A stretch of DNA of 64,000 nt. Source: Candidatus Krumholzibacteriia bacterium (GTDB taxonomy: Bacteria > Krumholzibacteriota > Krumholzibacteriia > LZORAL124-64-63). The notes under the pieces were generated by a model. The model saw only the letters and a list, made by a program, of their open reading frames with translations. It searched no databases and was not told the DNA's origin. The stretch covers positions 44,622 through 108,621 of the forward strand of contig JBFXKG010000012.1 in the NCBI GenBank assembly GCA_050174015.1, in the 5' to 3' direction. Below, one piece after another: positions 26,299 to 35,900 of this stretch. Positions within the stretch are counted from its first letter, which is position 1. Every line of letters starts with the position of its first letter. A program made the translations under genes and the position numbers.

Positions 26299-27953
26299 CC
26301 TCGCTTGACTGGAACCTGGTGGGCGTGGTGGGAGGGAAGCAGGTCCGGCACCCGCTGGGCGGCGGCGTGCATCTGGTGGGGCGGGCCGACGACGCCAACC
26401 TGAAACTGGCCGAGCCGAGCGTGTCCCGCCGCCATGCCGAGATCATCGTGGAGGGGGCGGGGGTCCGCGTCCGGGATTTGGGCAGCCACAACGGGACCCG
26501 GCTGAACGCCGCCGCGGTGGACGGGAATTCCGTCCAGGTCCGGCCGGGGGACGTCATCGAGTTCGCCCACCTGAGCTTCCGCGTGGAGACCGGCCGCGCG
26601 GGGTCGGCCACCGACATGGGCCTGACCATGCTCAACGAATCCCATTCCCTGGTGCCGAGCGCCGAGCTCAGCTGGGACGAGTTCCGGACGGGCCACGGAT
26701 CCCAGCAGGACAAGCGTTCCCAGCTCTTCCGCGTGCTGGCCGAGGCCGGAGACCTGCTGACCGCGGTGCGCACGCCAGCCGAGCTGTTCGATCCCATCCT
26801 GGACCTCGTGGAGGCGGCCCTCGGGCCCGAGCGGACCTTCCTGATGCTGCGGGAGTCGGCGGGCGACGAACCCCAGGTGGTGGCCGCCCGGGTGCCGGGC
26901 GAGCGCAGCACCGACAGCCTGGCCCTCAGCCGGACCATGATGGAGCAGGTGCTGAGCGAAAAGAAATCGTTCCTGACCTCCGATCCCCTGAACGACCCGG
27001 GCGGGGGGATGATGAGCATGATTTCCCTGGGCATCAGGTCGGCCATCGCCGTGCCCCTGTTCGACAACGAGGAGGTCATCGGGCTGCTCTACGCGGACGA
27101 CACGCGGGCCGGCAAGCGGTTCGAGCGCGACGAGCTCGCCGCCTGCACCATGCTGGCCAACGTCATCGCGGTCGCCCTGACCCGGGCCCGCCTGCACGCC
27201 CTGGAGGAGGAGAAGCGGCGCCAGGACGCCGAGCTCCAGGCGGCCGGCGACATCCTCGACGGGATCATCCCCGCGGAATTGCCCGCTTGCCCGGGCTACG
27301 AGGCGTTCGCCCGCATCCAGCCCTGCTTCGAGGTCGGCGGCGACCTCTACGACGCCCACCTGATGGCCGACGGCCGCTACGTCTTCCTGGTGGGGGACGT
27401 CTCGGGCAAGGGGATGGGGGCGGCGTTGCTCGTGTCCCACATCCTCTCGGTGGCGCGGTTCATGATCGAGGAGGGCTGGGAGCCCCTGGCCATGATCAAC
27501 CGGCTCAACCGCGAGATCTTCCGGATCACCGACTTCCTGCGCTTCGCCACCCTCTTCGTCGGCTACCTCACGCCCGCCACCGGGCGGATCGAGTACGTGA
27601 ACGCCGGCCACAACCCACCCCTGGTCCTGCGGCGCGACGGCCGCGTGGAGACTTGTCCGGCCACCGGAATGCCCGTCGGGGTCCTGGACGAAGCGGTCTA
27701 CCGGTCGGCCGAACTGGTGCTCGAACCCGGTGACATGATCAGCCTGTTCAGCGACGGGATCCCGGAGACCCAGCGCATCGACGACGAGGACGAGTTCGGC
27801 GACGAGCGGTTCCAGGAGTTCCTGCTCGGGCAGAGGAACGGTGAGCTGGAAGGGGTGTTCGGCAGGATCCAGGAGGAACTGGCGGCCTACCGGGAGGATG
27901 CTCCGGTGGGCGACGACATCACCCTGCTGCTGCTGCGCAGGGCGGCGGTCTGA
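26295..27953 (+). CDS. FHA-GAF-PP2C (SpoIIE-type) Ser/Thr phosphatase
   Basis: FHA: VGR...SVSRRHA...DLGSHNGT. GAF: RSAIAVPL. PP2C: VGGDLYD, GDVSGKG, NAGHNPP, FSDGIPE, DDITLL. AGGAGG RBS. Confidence 0.93.
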   Translation: MTSLDWNLVGVVGGKQVRHPLGGGVHLVGRADDANLKLAEPSVSRRHAEIIVEGAGVRVRDLGSHNGTRLNAAAVDGNSVQVRPGDVIEFAHLSFRVETGRAGSATDMGLTMLNESHSLVPSAELSWDEFRTGHGSQQDKRSQLFRVLAEAGDLLTAVRTPAELFDPILDLVEAALGPERTFLMLRESAGDEPQVVAARVPGERSTDSLALSRTMMEQVLSEKKSFLTSDPLNDPGGGMMSMISLGIRSAIAVPLFDNEEVIGLLYADDTRAGKRFERDELAACTMLANVIAVALTRARLHALEEEKRRQDAELQAAGDILDGIIPAELPACPGYEAFARIQPCFEVGGDLYDAHLMADGRYVFLVGDVSGKGMGAALLVSHILSVARFMIEEGWEPLAMINRLNREIFRITDFLRFATLFVGYLTPATGRIEYVNAGHNPPLVLRRDGRVETCPATGMPVGVLDEAVYRSAELVLEPGDMISLFSDGIPETQRIDDEDEFGDERFQEFLLGQRNGELEGVFGRIQEELAAYREDAPVGDDITLLLLRRAAV

Positions 27954-27965
27954 GGAAGGTCCCGC

Positions 27966-28364
27966 CTAGCGGGGGCGGCCGTAGTCGGTGTAGGACTTCT
28001 CCTCGACCAGGCGGCTGCCGAGCCTGAGGTTCAACTCGCGCTTGAGGGCGGCGCGCTCGTCGTTGCTGAAGTAGACCGAACGGGCCAGGGCGATGAACCG
28101 CTCCCCGAAATCCCCGGCGGCCTCCAGGTCGCGGATGCCGTCCTCGATGTCCCACAGCTTCTCGTTGACCGCCTTCAGGCGGACAAGGAGGCCGGCGATG
28201 TCCCCGCTGCTGAGGGGCGAGGCCGCCCAGGTTTCCCGCAGGGCCTGCAGCTCCGTGCGGACGTTCGCCAGCTTGGCGGGATCGGTGATCCGCTCCGACT
28301 TGATCTCCAGGATCGTGATCTTGTCCAGCAGTTCCCCCACCGAGATTTCGACCGTCAACGCCAT
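27966..28364 (-). CDS. DUF6165 family protein
   Basis: ISVGELLDKITILEIK, NEKLWDIED, ARSVYFSNDERAALK, EEKSY. Confidence 0.8.
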   Translation of the reverse strand: MALTVEISVGELLDKITILEIKSERITDPAKLANVRTELQALRETWAASPLSSGDIAGLLVRLKAVNEKLWDIEDGIRDLEAAGDFGERFIALARSVYFSNDERAALKRELNLRLGSRLVEEKSYTDYGRPR

Positions 28365-28448
28365 CGTATCCGCTTCCTTTGCGCCCGGGAGTGATGATTG
28401 TATTTTCAGGGCTCGCCCCGGAGCCTAATATACACCCGGGAGCGGCAG

Positions 28449-28483
28449 GGCCAAGACCCAAGAGCCAAGGGCCAGCAGCCAAG
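28449..28483. repeat. Five tandem imperfect heptamers (consensus RGCCAAG)
   Basis: GGCCAAG ACCCAAG AGCCAAG GGCCAGC AGCCAAG, intergenic. Confidence 0.75.
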
Positions 28484-28507
28484 TTCCCGCTGTCCAGAGG
28501 AGTCCCG

Positions 28508-29548
28508 GTGGCCGGTAGACCGAAGATCCTGATCGTGCGCGTGGGGCGGGCGGGCGATCTCATCATGATCACCCCGGCGGTGCGCAGCCTGCTCGAGGCC
28601 TTTCCCGCGGCGGAATTCCACCTGCTGACCGGGGCCGAGGGCAACCGGGTCATGCGGGGCTTCGATCCCCGCCTGACGAAGACCTGGATCTACAGCCGCC
28701 GTTTCCCGCGTTCCTGGATCCTCAAGGGCCCCCTGAAGCGGGCCTTCCTGCGCGAGGGATACGACCGGATCTACATCTTCGAGGCCAAGCCCATGTACCG
28801 GCGGTGGCTGGCGGATGCGGCCCCGGAATGCCACGGGTTCCCGTCGACCGTGGCGGACTCCCACTACTGCGAGCGCTGTCTCCGGGTCGTCGACGCCTCC
28901 TTGCCGGGCGCCGCGGCCCGGGGCTGGGTCGACCTGCCGGTGACCGCCGAGGGCCGCGCCAAGGCCAGGGCCCTGCTCGAGGAGAACGGGGTGGATCCCG
29001 ACGGCCTGGTGGTCGGCCTGCATCCCACCTTCAGCGGCAGCCGCCTGCCGTTCTTCCGGGATCGCGAGGGCATGCGCCACCGCCACTGGCCCCAGGAGAG
29101 CTTCGGCCGCCTGGCGGTCCTGCTGCGGGAGCAGGCGCGGAAGGAGGGCCGCGACCTCGCGGTCGTCATCGACGCCCTGCCCGAGGAGAAGCCCATCGTC
29201 GAACCCGTGGTCGCCGCGGCCGGGGGAGCGGCGACCCTGCTCTGCGCGCCGCCCGACTTCCAGCGCTACAAGGGGCTGCTGGCGGGGCTGTCGGTCCTGG
29301 TCACCCCCAACACCGGCCCCATGCACATCGCCGCCGCGGTGAACACGCCCCTGGTGGCCCTGTTCTCGCGCTGGTCGGCGGCCGATTGCGGCCCCTTCAT
29401 GGACCCCGCCCGCTACACCGTCCTGCGGTCCGAGGACACCCCTCATCCCGGCAGGGGACTGGCCGCCATCACGCCGGAGACGGCGGCTGCCGCGGTCTGG
29501 GACCTGATCGCGCGGACGGGTCAGTCCGCCCCGACCGGCTGCACGTAG
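28508..29548 (+). CDS. Glycosyltransferase family 9 (heptosyltransferase-like)
   Basis: KILIVRVGRAGDLIMITP, GLHP, RHWPQESF, NTGPMHIAAA; GTG start after GAGGAG. Confidence 0.9.
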   Translation: MAGRPKILIVRVGRAGDLIMITPAVRSLLEAFPAAEFHLLTGAEGNRVMRGFDPRLTKTWIYSRRFPRSWILKGPLKRAFLREGYDRIYIFEAKPMYRRWLADAAPECHGFPSTVADSHYCERCLRVVDASLPGAAARGWVDLPVTAEGRAKARALLEENGVDPDGLVVGLHPTFSGSRLPFFRDREGMRHRHWPQESFGRLAVLLREQARKEGRDLAVVIDALPEEKPIVEPVVAAAGGAATLLCAPPDFQRYKGLLAGLSVLVTPNTGPMHIAAAVNTPLVALFSRWSAADCGPFMDPARYTVLRSEDTPHPGRGLAAITPETAAAAVWDLIARTGQSAPTGCT

Positions 29549-30633
29549 CCGGCCCGGTGCAGTTCCTCGACGTCCTTGAACGGGTGGGCGGGCTTCAGGT
29601 GCCGTTCGAGGAAGCGGTAGACCTTGAGCCGGATCTCCTGGGCTCCTCGCGTGTCCAGCCGGTCGAAGCTGTGGCCGCCCGGGAAGTCCTGGTAGATCTC
29701 GTACTCGAACTGCTTGCCCTCGGCCTTGAGCGCCCGGATCAGGCTCTCGACCTCGAGCACGTTGACGTCCTCGTCGTTGGTGTTGGTGTGGATCAGCAGC
29801 GGGGTCTTCAGCTTCCCGGCGTTCCAGACCGGCGACCGCCGCTTGTACTCGGCGATGTTGTCGGTCACGGGCTGCCCGATGTGATAGTCGGCGCTGTAGA
29901 GATCCCGGTAGTCGTCGTCCAGATAACCGAGGCGGGCGATCAGGTCGCTCACGGGCACGCCGGCGTAGGCGCAGGCGTAGTCGTCGGGATGGGCGAAGAC
30001 GTTCATCAGGCTGATCAGGCCGCCGTGGCTCCAGCCGATCATGCCGACCCGGTCCCCGTCGATGAAGCCGTAGTTGTCCAGCATGTACCTGCGGCAGGCG
30101 TGGTTGTCCTCGACCTCCAGGCCGCCGTAGTCGATGTTCTCGTAGTAGCTCCTGCCGTAGCCCGTGCTGCCGCGGTATTCGGGCGCGATCACGGCGTAGC
30201 CCTGGGCCAGCATCTCCCTGACGATGTGGACGTAGTAGGTGGTGAAGTCCGCGTGGACGCCGCCGTGGGGAAAGACCAGCAGGGGCGTCTTGCGGGCTGT
30301 GTCCAGATCCCGCGGCAGGAAGACGTAGGCGTAGAACTTGACCGGATTGCCGGCCCCGATGGCCGTCTCGCTCTCCTCCTTCCAGCGGGGAGGGCCGTAG
30401 AGGCGCACCTTGTCCACGACCGCGACGTCGCCCAGGCGCGCGAACCACAGGTTGTCGTCGATCTGCTTCTGCAGCTCGTCGAGACGGTGCCCGAACCCCT
30501 CCAGCTTCTTCTCGATGCCCTGGAGCGCCTCCAGGACCGGGTCGGCCCCGCCGGCGGACACCTGGGCCGGGGCCGGACCCGCCGCGAGCGTCAGGGCGGG
30601 CAGCAAGGCGAGCAGCACGATCATCCTTTTCAT
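29521..30633 (-). CDS. Secreted S9 family (prolyl oligopeptidase-like) alpha/beta hydrolase
   Basis: Signal peptide, HGGVH, EYRGSTGYG, GWSHGG nucleophile, DEDV, GGHSF. Confidence 0.88.
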   Translation of the reverse strand: MKRMIVLLALLPALTLAAGPAPAQVSAGGADPVLEALQGIEKKLEGFGHRLDELQKQIDDNLWFARLGDVAVVDKVRLYGPPRWKEESETAIGAGNPVKFYAYVFLPRDLDTARKTPLLVFPHGGVHADFTTYYVHIVREMLAQGYAVIAPEYRGSTGYGRSYYENIDYGGLEVEDNHACRRYMLDNYGFIDGDRVGMIGWSHGGLISLMNVFAHPDDYACAYAGVPVSDLIARLGYLDDDYRDLYSADYHIGQPVTDNIAEYKRRSPVWNAGKLKTPLLIHTNTNDEDVNVLEVESLIRALKAEGKQFEYEIYQDFPGGHSFDRLDTRGAQEIRLKVYRFLERHLKPAHPFKDVEELHRAGYVQPVGAD

Positions 30634-30658
30634 CTCTGTCCTTTCCTCGGGCCGGGGG

Positions 30659-32359
30659 TCAGTACCCGGCAGCCTGTCCGTCCTTGCGCGATTCGCTGGC
30701 GCCGTAGTAGACGCCCTGAACGGGGTCGCGCATGATGGCCTGGTAGCCCCCGAACGAGCCGACGTCCACCTGGATGCGGTGGCCCATCCCGCTCAGGGCG
30801 CGGACGACTTCGTAAGCGAATCCGGTCTCCAGATGCGCGGTCCCGCCGTCCGTCATGGTGGCGCCCGTGGGCTCGCTGGATCCGGTGTGCAGCAGGCGGG
30901 GGGCGTCCCCGGCCTCCTGCAGGTTCATGCCGAAGTCCACCAGGTTCATGATGATCTGGGCGTGGGCCTGGGGCTGGGTGCCCCCGCCCATGACTCCGAA
31001 GGCCAGCCAGGGTTCGCCGTTCCGCGTGGCGAAGGCGGGGATGATGGTGTGGAAGGGACGCTTGCCCGGAGCGTAGGTGTTGGCCTGGCCGGGCACGAGG
31101 CTGAACAGCTCCCCCCGGTCCTGCAGGCCGAAGCCCAGGCCCTCGGGGCAGATCCCGCAGCCCATCCCCCGGTAGTTGCTCTGGATCAGGGAGACCATGT
31201 TGCCCTCGCCGTCGGCGGTGCACAGGTAGATGGTGTCGCCGTCGTGGAGGGCGGGATTGCCGGCGTCCAGCCGGCGCGAGGCGCGCGGGCCGATGAGCTT
31301 CCGGCGCTCGGCGGCGTACTCCTTGGAGATCAGGCCCCGGACGGGCACCGCGGCGAAGTCCATGTCGGCGTAGAACCGGGCCCGGTCCTCGAAGGCGAGC
31401 TTCTTGGCCTCGAGGAAGTGGTGGATGTGCTCGGCGCTGCCGAAGCCCCACTCGGACAGGGGATACCCTTCGAGGATGTTCAGGATCTGCAGGGCGGCGA
31501 TGCCCTGGCCGTTGGGCGGCAGTTCCCAGACGTCCACTCCCCGGTAGTTCGTGGAGACGGGGTCGATCCACTCGCTCCGGTGGGCCGCCAGGTCCTCGGT
31601 GGAGAGGAAGCCTCCGGCGGACTGGACGGTGCGGGCGATGACCTCGGCGATCTCCCCCCGGTAGAAGGCGTCGCGGCCGTCTTCGGCCAGGATCTCCAGG
31701 GTGCGGGCCAGGGGTTCGTTGCGCCAGATCTCGCCCTTGCGGGGGGCCTTGCCGTCCTTCGTGAACGTCTCCAGGAAGAACGGCTGGTCCTGCCGTGACG
31801 GCACCGAAAGGTCCCAGTAGTAGGCGATCAGTTCGCTGACCGGAAACCCCTCGCGGGCGTACCGGATGGCCGGGGCCAGCACCTCGGCCATGGGCAGGGC
31901 GCCGAACTTCCCGTGCAACTCGAACCAGCCGTCGACGCAGCCCGGGACGCTGACCGGCAGGGGGCCGTAGGGGGGGATCGAGGTCAGGCCGCGCTTCCGG
32001 AATTCCTCCAGGGTCAGCGACCGGGGCGACCGGCCGCTGGCGTTCAGGCCGTGGAGTTGCCGCGTTCCGGCATCCCAGACGATGGCGAACAGGTCGCCGC
32101 CCATGCCGCAGCCCGTGGGTTCCATCAGACCCAGGGCGGCGTTGGCGGCGATGGCCGCGTCCACCGCGTTGCCGCCTCGGCGCATGACGTCCAGGGCGAT
32201 CTGGGTCGCCAGGGGCTGGCTGGTGGCGGCCATGGCTTCGGGGGCGATCACCTCGCTGCGGGTGGCGAAGGTCCGGCCGGTGACGCGATCGCCTCCGGCG
32301 GCATCGCCGCAGCACAGGATCAGGGTTCCGAGAATCAAAAGGCGGGCATGGGCATTCAT
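30659..32359 (-). CDS. ggt: Gamma-glutamyltransferase
   Basis: GGNAVDAAIA, GMGGDLF, VPGCVDGW, LPPNGQG, GDTIYL autoproteolysis Thr, KRPFHTIIP, GVMGG. Confidence 0.95.
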   Translation of the reverse strand: MNAHARLLILGTLILCCGDAAGGDRVTGRTFATRSEVIAPEAMAATSQPLATQIALDVMRRGGNAVDAAIAANAALGLMEPTGCGMGGDLFAIVWDAGTRQLHGLNASGRSPRSLTLEEFRKRGLTSIPPYGPLPVSVPGCVDGWFELHGKFGALPMAEVLAPAIRYAREGFPVSELIAYYWDLSVPSRQDQPFFLETFTKDGKAPRKGEIWRNEPLARTLEILAEDGRDAFYRGEIAEVIARTVQSAGGFLSTEDLAAHRSEWIDPVSTNYRGVDVWELPPNGQGIAALQILNILEGYPLSEWGFGSAEHIHHFLEAKKLAFEDRARFYADMDFAAVPVRGLISKEYAAERRKLIGPRASRRLDAGNPALHDGDTIYLCTADGEGNMVSLIQSNYRGMGCGICPEGLGFGLQDRGELFSLVPGQANTYAPGKRPFHTIIPAFATRNGEPWLAFGVMGGGTQPQAHAQIIMNLVDFGMNLQEAGDAPRLLHTGSSEPTGATMTDGGTAHLETGFAYEVVRALSGMGHRIQVDVGSFGGYQAIMRDPVQGVYYGASESRKDGQAAGY

Positions 32360-32503
32360 GGGGCGCTCCAGGTCGGGTGGTTGAAGCCGGCGGGTCGCCG
32401 GCCATCATACCTCAACCTGGATGGCTGATCCACGCCCAAGGGACGGCCCAAGGGAAGGGACGGCAGGGCAGGGCGCCCCGCCGCGGCGGCGGCAGGGTCC
32501 GTT

Positions 32504-32602
32504 TCAGGCCCGGGAGACCGACTTCCGTCTGCTCCAGCGGAGCTGGATCCTCTTCCAGCCCAGGGCCTGGTAGGCGGCGGCCATCACGTCGAGGATTCTC
32601 AT
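32504..32602 (-). CDS. Probable unannotated 32-aa basic small protein MRILDVMAAAYQALGWKRIQLRWSRRKSVSRA
   Basis: GAGGAG RBS 7 nt upstream of the ATG; 30 of 32 codons end in G/C; missing from the supplied ORF track (too short). Confidence 0.55.
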   Translation of the reverse strand: MRILDVMAAAYQALGWKRIQLRWSRRKSVSRA

Positions 32603-32673
32603 GGCTACTCTCCTCAGGTTTGATCCGGGTCACTCCGGCCATGACCAGATCCGCATTCCGGGTTCCGGATAAA

Positions 32674-32773
32674 TATATACAAAAACTCTACAAAAATAAG
32701 AAAATAAATCCAAAAAATCGGCCATTTACGGCAATATAACAAATTTGTTTAGTTTGATATTGTTTTGTATATA
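32674..32773. promoter_or_regulatory. AT-rich divergent promoter region with a 12-bp palindrome and an 11-bp inverted repeat pair
   Basis: AACAAATTTGTT at 32738-32749; TATATACAAAA at 32674-32684 with TTTTGTATATA at 32763-32773. Confidence 0.5.
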
Positions 32774-32827
32774 AAATTTGGAAGGGAGGGGGAAGAAACC
32801 GCGGATCCATCAGCAGGTGGATTGCGC

Positions 32828-32857
32828 TTGTTCCGTCAAGTATCTTTGTGGTATCAT
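32828..32857 (+). promoter_or_regulatory. Possible sigma70 promoter for the GH57 operon
   Basis: TTGTTC-N18-TATCAT with an extended TG (TGgTATCAT). Confidence 0.4.
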
Positions 32858-32959
32858 TTCTTTTGCAATGGATTCGTCAGATTTGTTCACTTGCCCAACA
32901 CCTCCCCGCGAGGTGGTGGGGCTTTTCGGTGTGTGCAGCATCGTGAGGTTGGCCGAAAC

Positions 32960-35900
32960 ATGATGGACTCGCCCCTTCGCATCCTGGTTCCTGCCTGCCT
33001 GGCGATCCTCCTGACCGGGACCGCCGTGGCCGGAACCGATCTCGAACTGCGGTCGGTGCTCGCCGTCGACAGGGTGGGGGTCGAGGACTCGCTCTCCCCC
33101 GCCGCGGACATCCTGTCGGTGACCATGTATCGCGACGCCGCACTCGACCGGGACGTCCTGCGGATCGCCTTCCTGTCCCTGGGGCGGCAGGCTCCTCCGG
33201 ATCTGATGGCCGCCCTGGCCTCGGCGTCCGCGGCGCCCATCGATGTGATCGTGACCGACAGGTCGACGCCGTCGGAGGCCTTGCTGGCGGAGGCCACGCT
33301 CCATGACCGGGGATCGGTCTACCTCCCGGCCGAAATGCCCGTGAACAAGGCCCGCACGGGAACGGTGTGGACCGTGCCCGACGATCCCGACGCCCTCTAC
33401 CTGACGTTGCCCCGGGGACTGGCCGCCGGGGCCGATGCCGTGAATCCCCTGCGGATCGCGGTCCGGTCCTCCCACGCAACCCCGTCCGGGGCCATCGTCG
33501 CCGACGAGGTGACCGCGGCGTATCCCGCCGACAAGGCCTACCAGGCCAACTGCTCCCTGGTCCTTCACGGCAATCAGGGCCTCGGTTACAGCGACGTCTT
33601 CCACGGCCGCAGCGACGATCTCGAGGGCAGCGGTTTCGACGAGGCCCTGCAGGTGCATCAGGGGACGGGCGTCCCGGGCAACTTCCACCTCAGCGGGACC
33701 CTGCAGTCGTCCGCCGAGTGGGCGGCCAACAACGGGGACCCCACCGACTTCAACGCCTGGCTGGCCGCCGGGGTGACCGCCGGCTGGGCCGGAATGGTCA
33801 CCTCCGCCTACGCCCAGCACATCATGCCCTTCGTCACCGACGACATGAACGACTGGGCGGTCGCCATCCAGGCCCAGATGACCGACACGCGGTACGGCTA
33901 CTTCCCGACCGTGGCCTGGGTGCCCGAGCGCGTCTGGCTGAACACCGGCGGCTATCCCAGCAGCGGGGTGAACGACTGGATCGGCGACAACTGGCTCCCC
34001 CACGGAGTGGGCGCCGTGATCCTCGACGACGACGTCCACCTCACCGGCCACGACAATCACCAGATCCACACCCTCTCGGGCAGCAGCCTGCGTCTGGTGC
34101 CCCGCGACCGCGCCTTCACCGGCAACATCCTGGGCGGCAACGGCCAGGCGTCGCTGGACATCCTGACCGGTCTGGCCGGCAGCGGCGTGGGCGAATTCCG
34201 CATCGCGGTCCTGGCCGAGGACTGGGAGGCCATCGGCGAGATGGGGGGCTGGGCGACCATCACGCCCAACGCCAAGGAGACCTACGACTGGTTCGTGGGC
34301 AAGTGCAGCACCGAGAGCGCCTGGCTCAGCACCTGGAAGCTCGCCGACGCCGTCGCCAACCCCGACTTCAACGGCGGCACGATCACCGTGACGCCGGGCA
34401 CCTACCAGGAGATCGGCGGCTTCGACGGCTACGGGGGCGGGGACAACGGCTGGTACACCCACTGGGCAGGCTTCGTGCCGTACGCCAACGGCGGCGACGG
34501 CAACGGGTCCTGCGCCGGAACCGGAGGCAACTGCAAGGACTACGGCACTCTCTGGAGCGACGCCTACAACGCCCTGATGGCCGCCCCCGACAACAACATC
34601 AGCCAGGCCGGCTGGTACGTGATGATGACCAACCTGCACGAGACCGCCTGGCACGACTACCTCGGCGGGCCCATCTCGGGCTGGCAGCACAAGTACAGCG
34701 CGCACATCAAGAATGCCATGATCTACGCGGAGGCGGCCCACTGGGCCAACGGCGACTACGCGGTGACGACCGCCGCCTTCACCAGCGACGTCGACAACGA
34801 CGGGTACCTCGAAGTGGTCATGCACAACGACCGTCTGTTCGGCGTCTTCGAGGGCAACGGCGGCCGCTTGACCCACCTGTTCGTCAAGGGATCCGGCAAG
34901 GCCGGCATCTTCAACGACACCGCCATCGGGGTGGACAACGCCTACTGGTCCGACACCGAGGGCGACTTCAACGACGCCAACCACGTGGGGGCCTTCAGCG
35001 ACGTCTCCCCGAACTACCAGCATGACGGGTACGGGTGGGCCATCGGCCCGGTGGACCCCGCGGGGCCCACGGTCACCCTGACGTTGACCCGCAACGAGGT
35101 CGCCAAGACCGTCGCCCTGACCGAAGGCGACAGCTTCTTCGACGTGGTCTACGACGTGGGACCGGCCACCCACTGGATCCAGGCCGGGTTCTCGCCCAGC
35201 CTGGTGGATCTGGTCTGGAACGCGCAGATGGACCGGATCTGGGCCCCCGACGCGGCCTACATGGGGCAGCGCAATCCCAGCACCGGGGTGACCGCAGCCT
35301 GGGTCCTGGGTTCCGGAGGCGCCGGCCACCAGCGGGACTTCTCGGGAACCCTGATGAAGGGCGACGAGATCAAGGGCGAGGGCGTGTTCCAGCTGCGGCT
35401 GTTCGCCGGGGTCACGAGCGCTCCGGACGTCGCCGGCGACGTCGCCGAGCTGCGCGCCATGGTGCCCGAGGTGACCGACACCATCGGGCCGGCCGTCACC
35501 GCGGCGGTCTATTACCCTGCCACGGACCGGCTGCAGCTGACCTTCGACCAGATCGTGGCCGGCTGCGATCCGTCCGGCGTGGCCGTGGTCGAGGGGGCCG
35601 GCGCCACCACGGTGGTGACCTTGCCCGTGTCCACTCCGGTCAGCGAGACCGGACCTGCGATCACGCGGACCTTCGAGCTGGATGCCGGCACCGCCGCCGC
35701 CGTCGAGGCCCTGGCCGGCGACCTCTACCTGACGCTGGACGCCGATGCGGCCCTGGACGGGAACGGTGTGGGAAACCTGGCCGTCGTCGCAGGCGAGATC
35801 CCGGTGGATGTCGCAGCCACGGCCATCGCCGTCGACGGCAACGTCGAGGCGGGGGAATGGGAGAACGCCCTGGCCCTGGCCGACAGCAACGACTCGGCCT

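Noticed and set aside
29521-29548. 28-bp convergent overlap of the GT9 and S9 peptidase genes
   Set aside because: An ordinary tail-to-tail overlap; both proteins have complete domains
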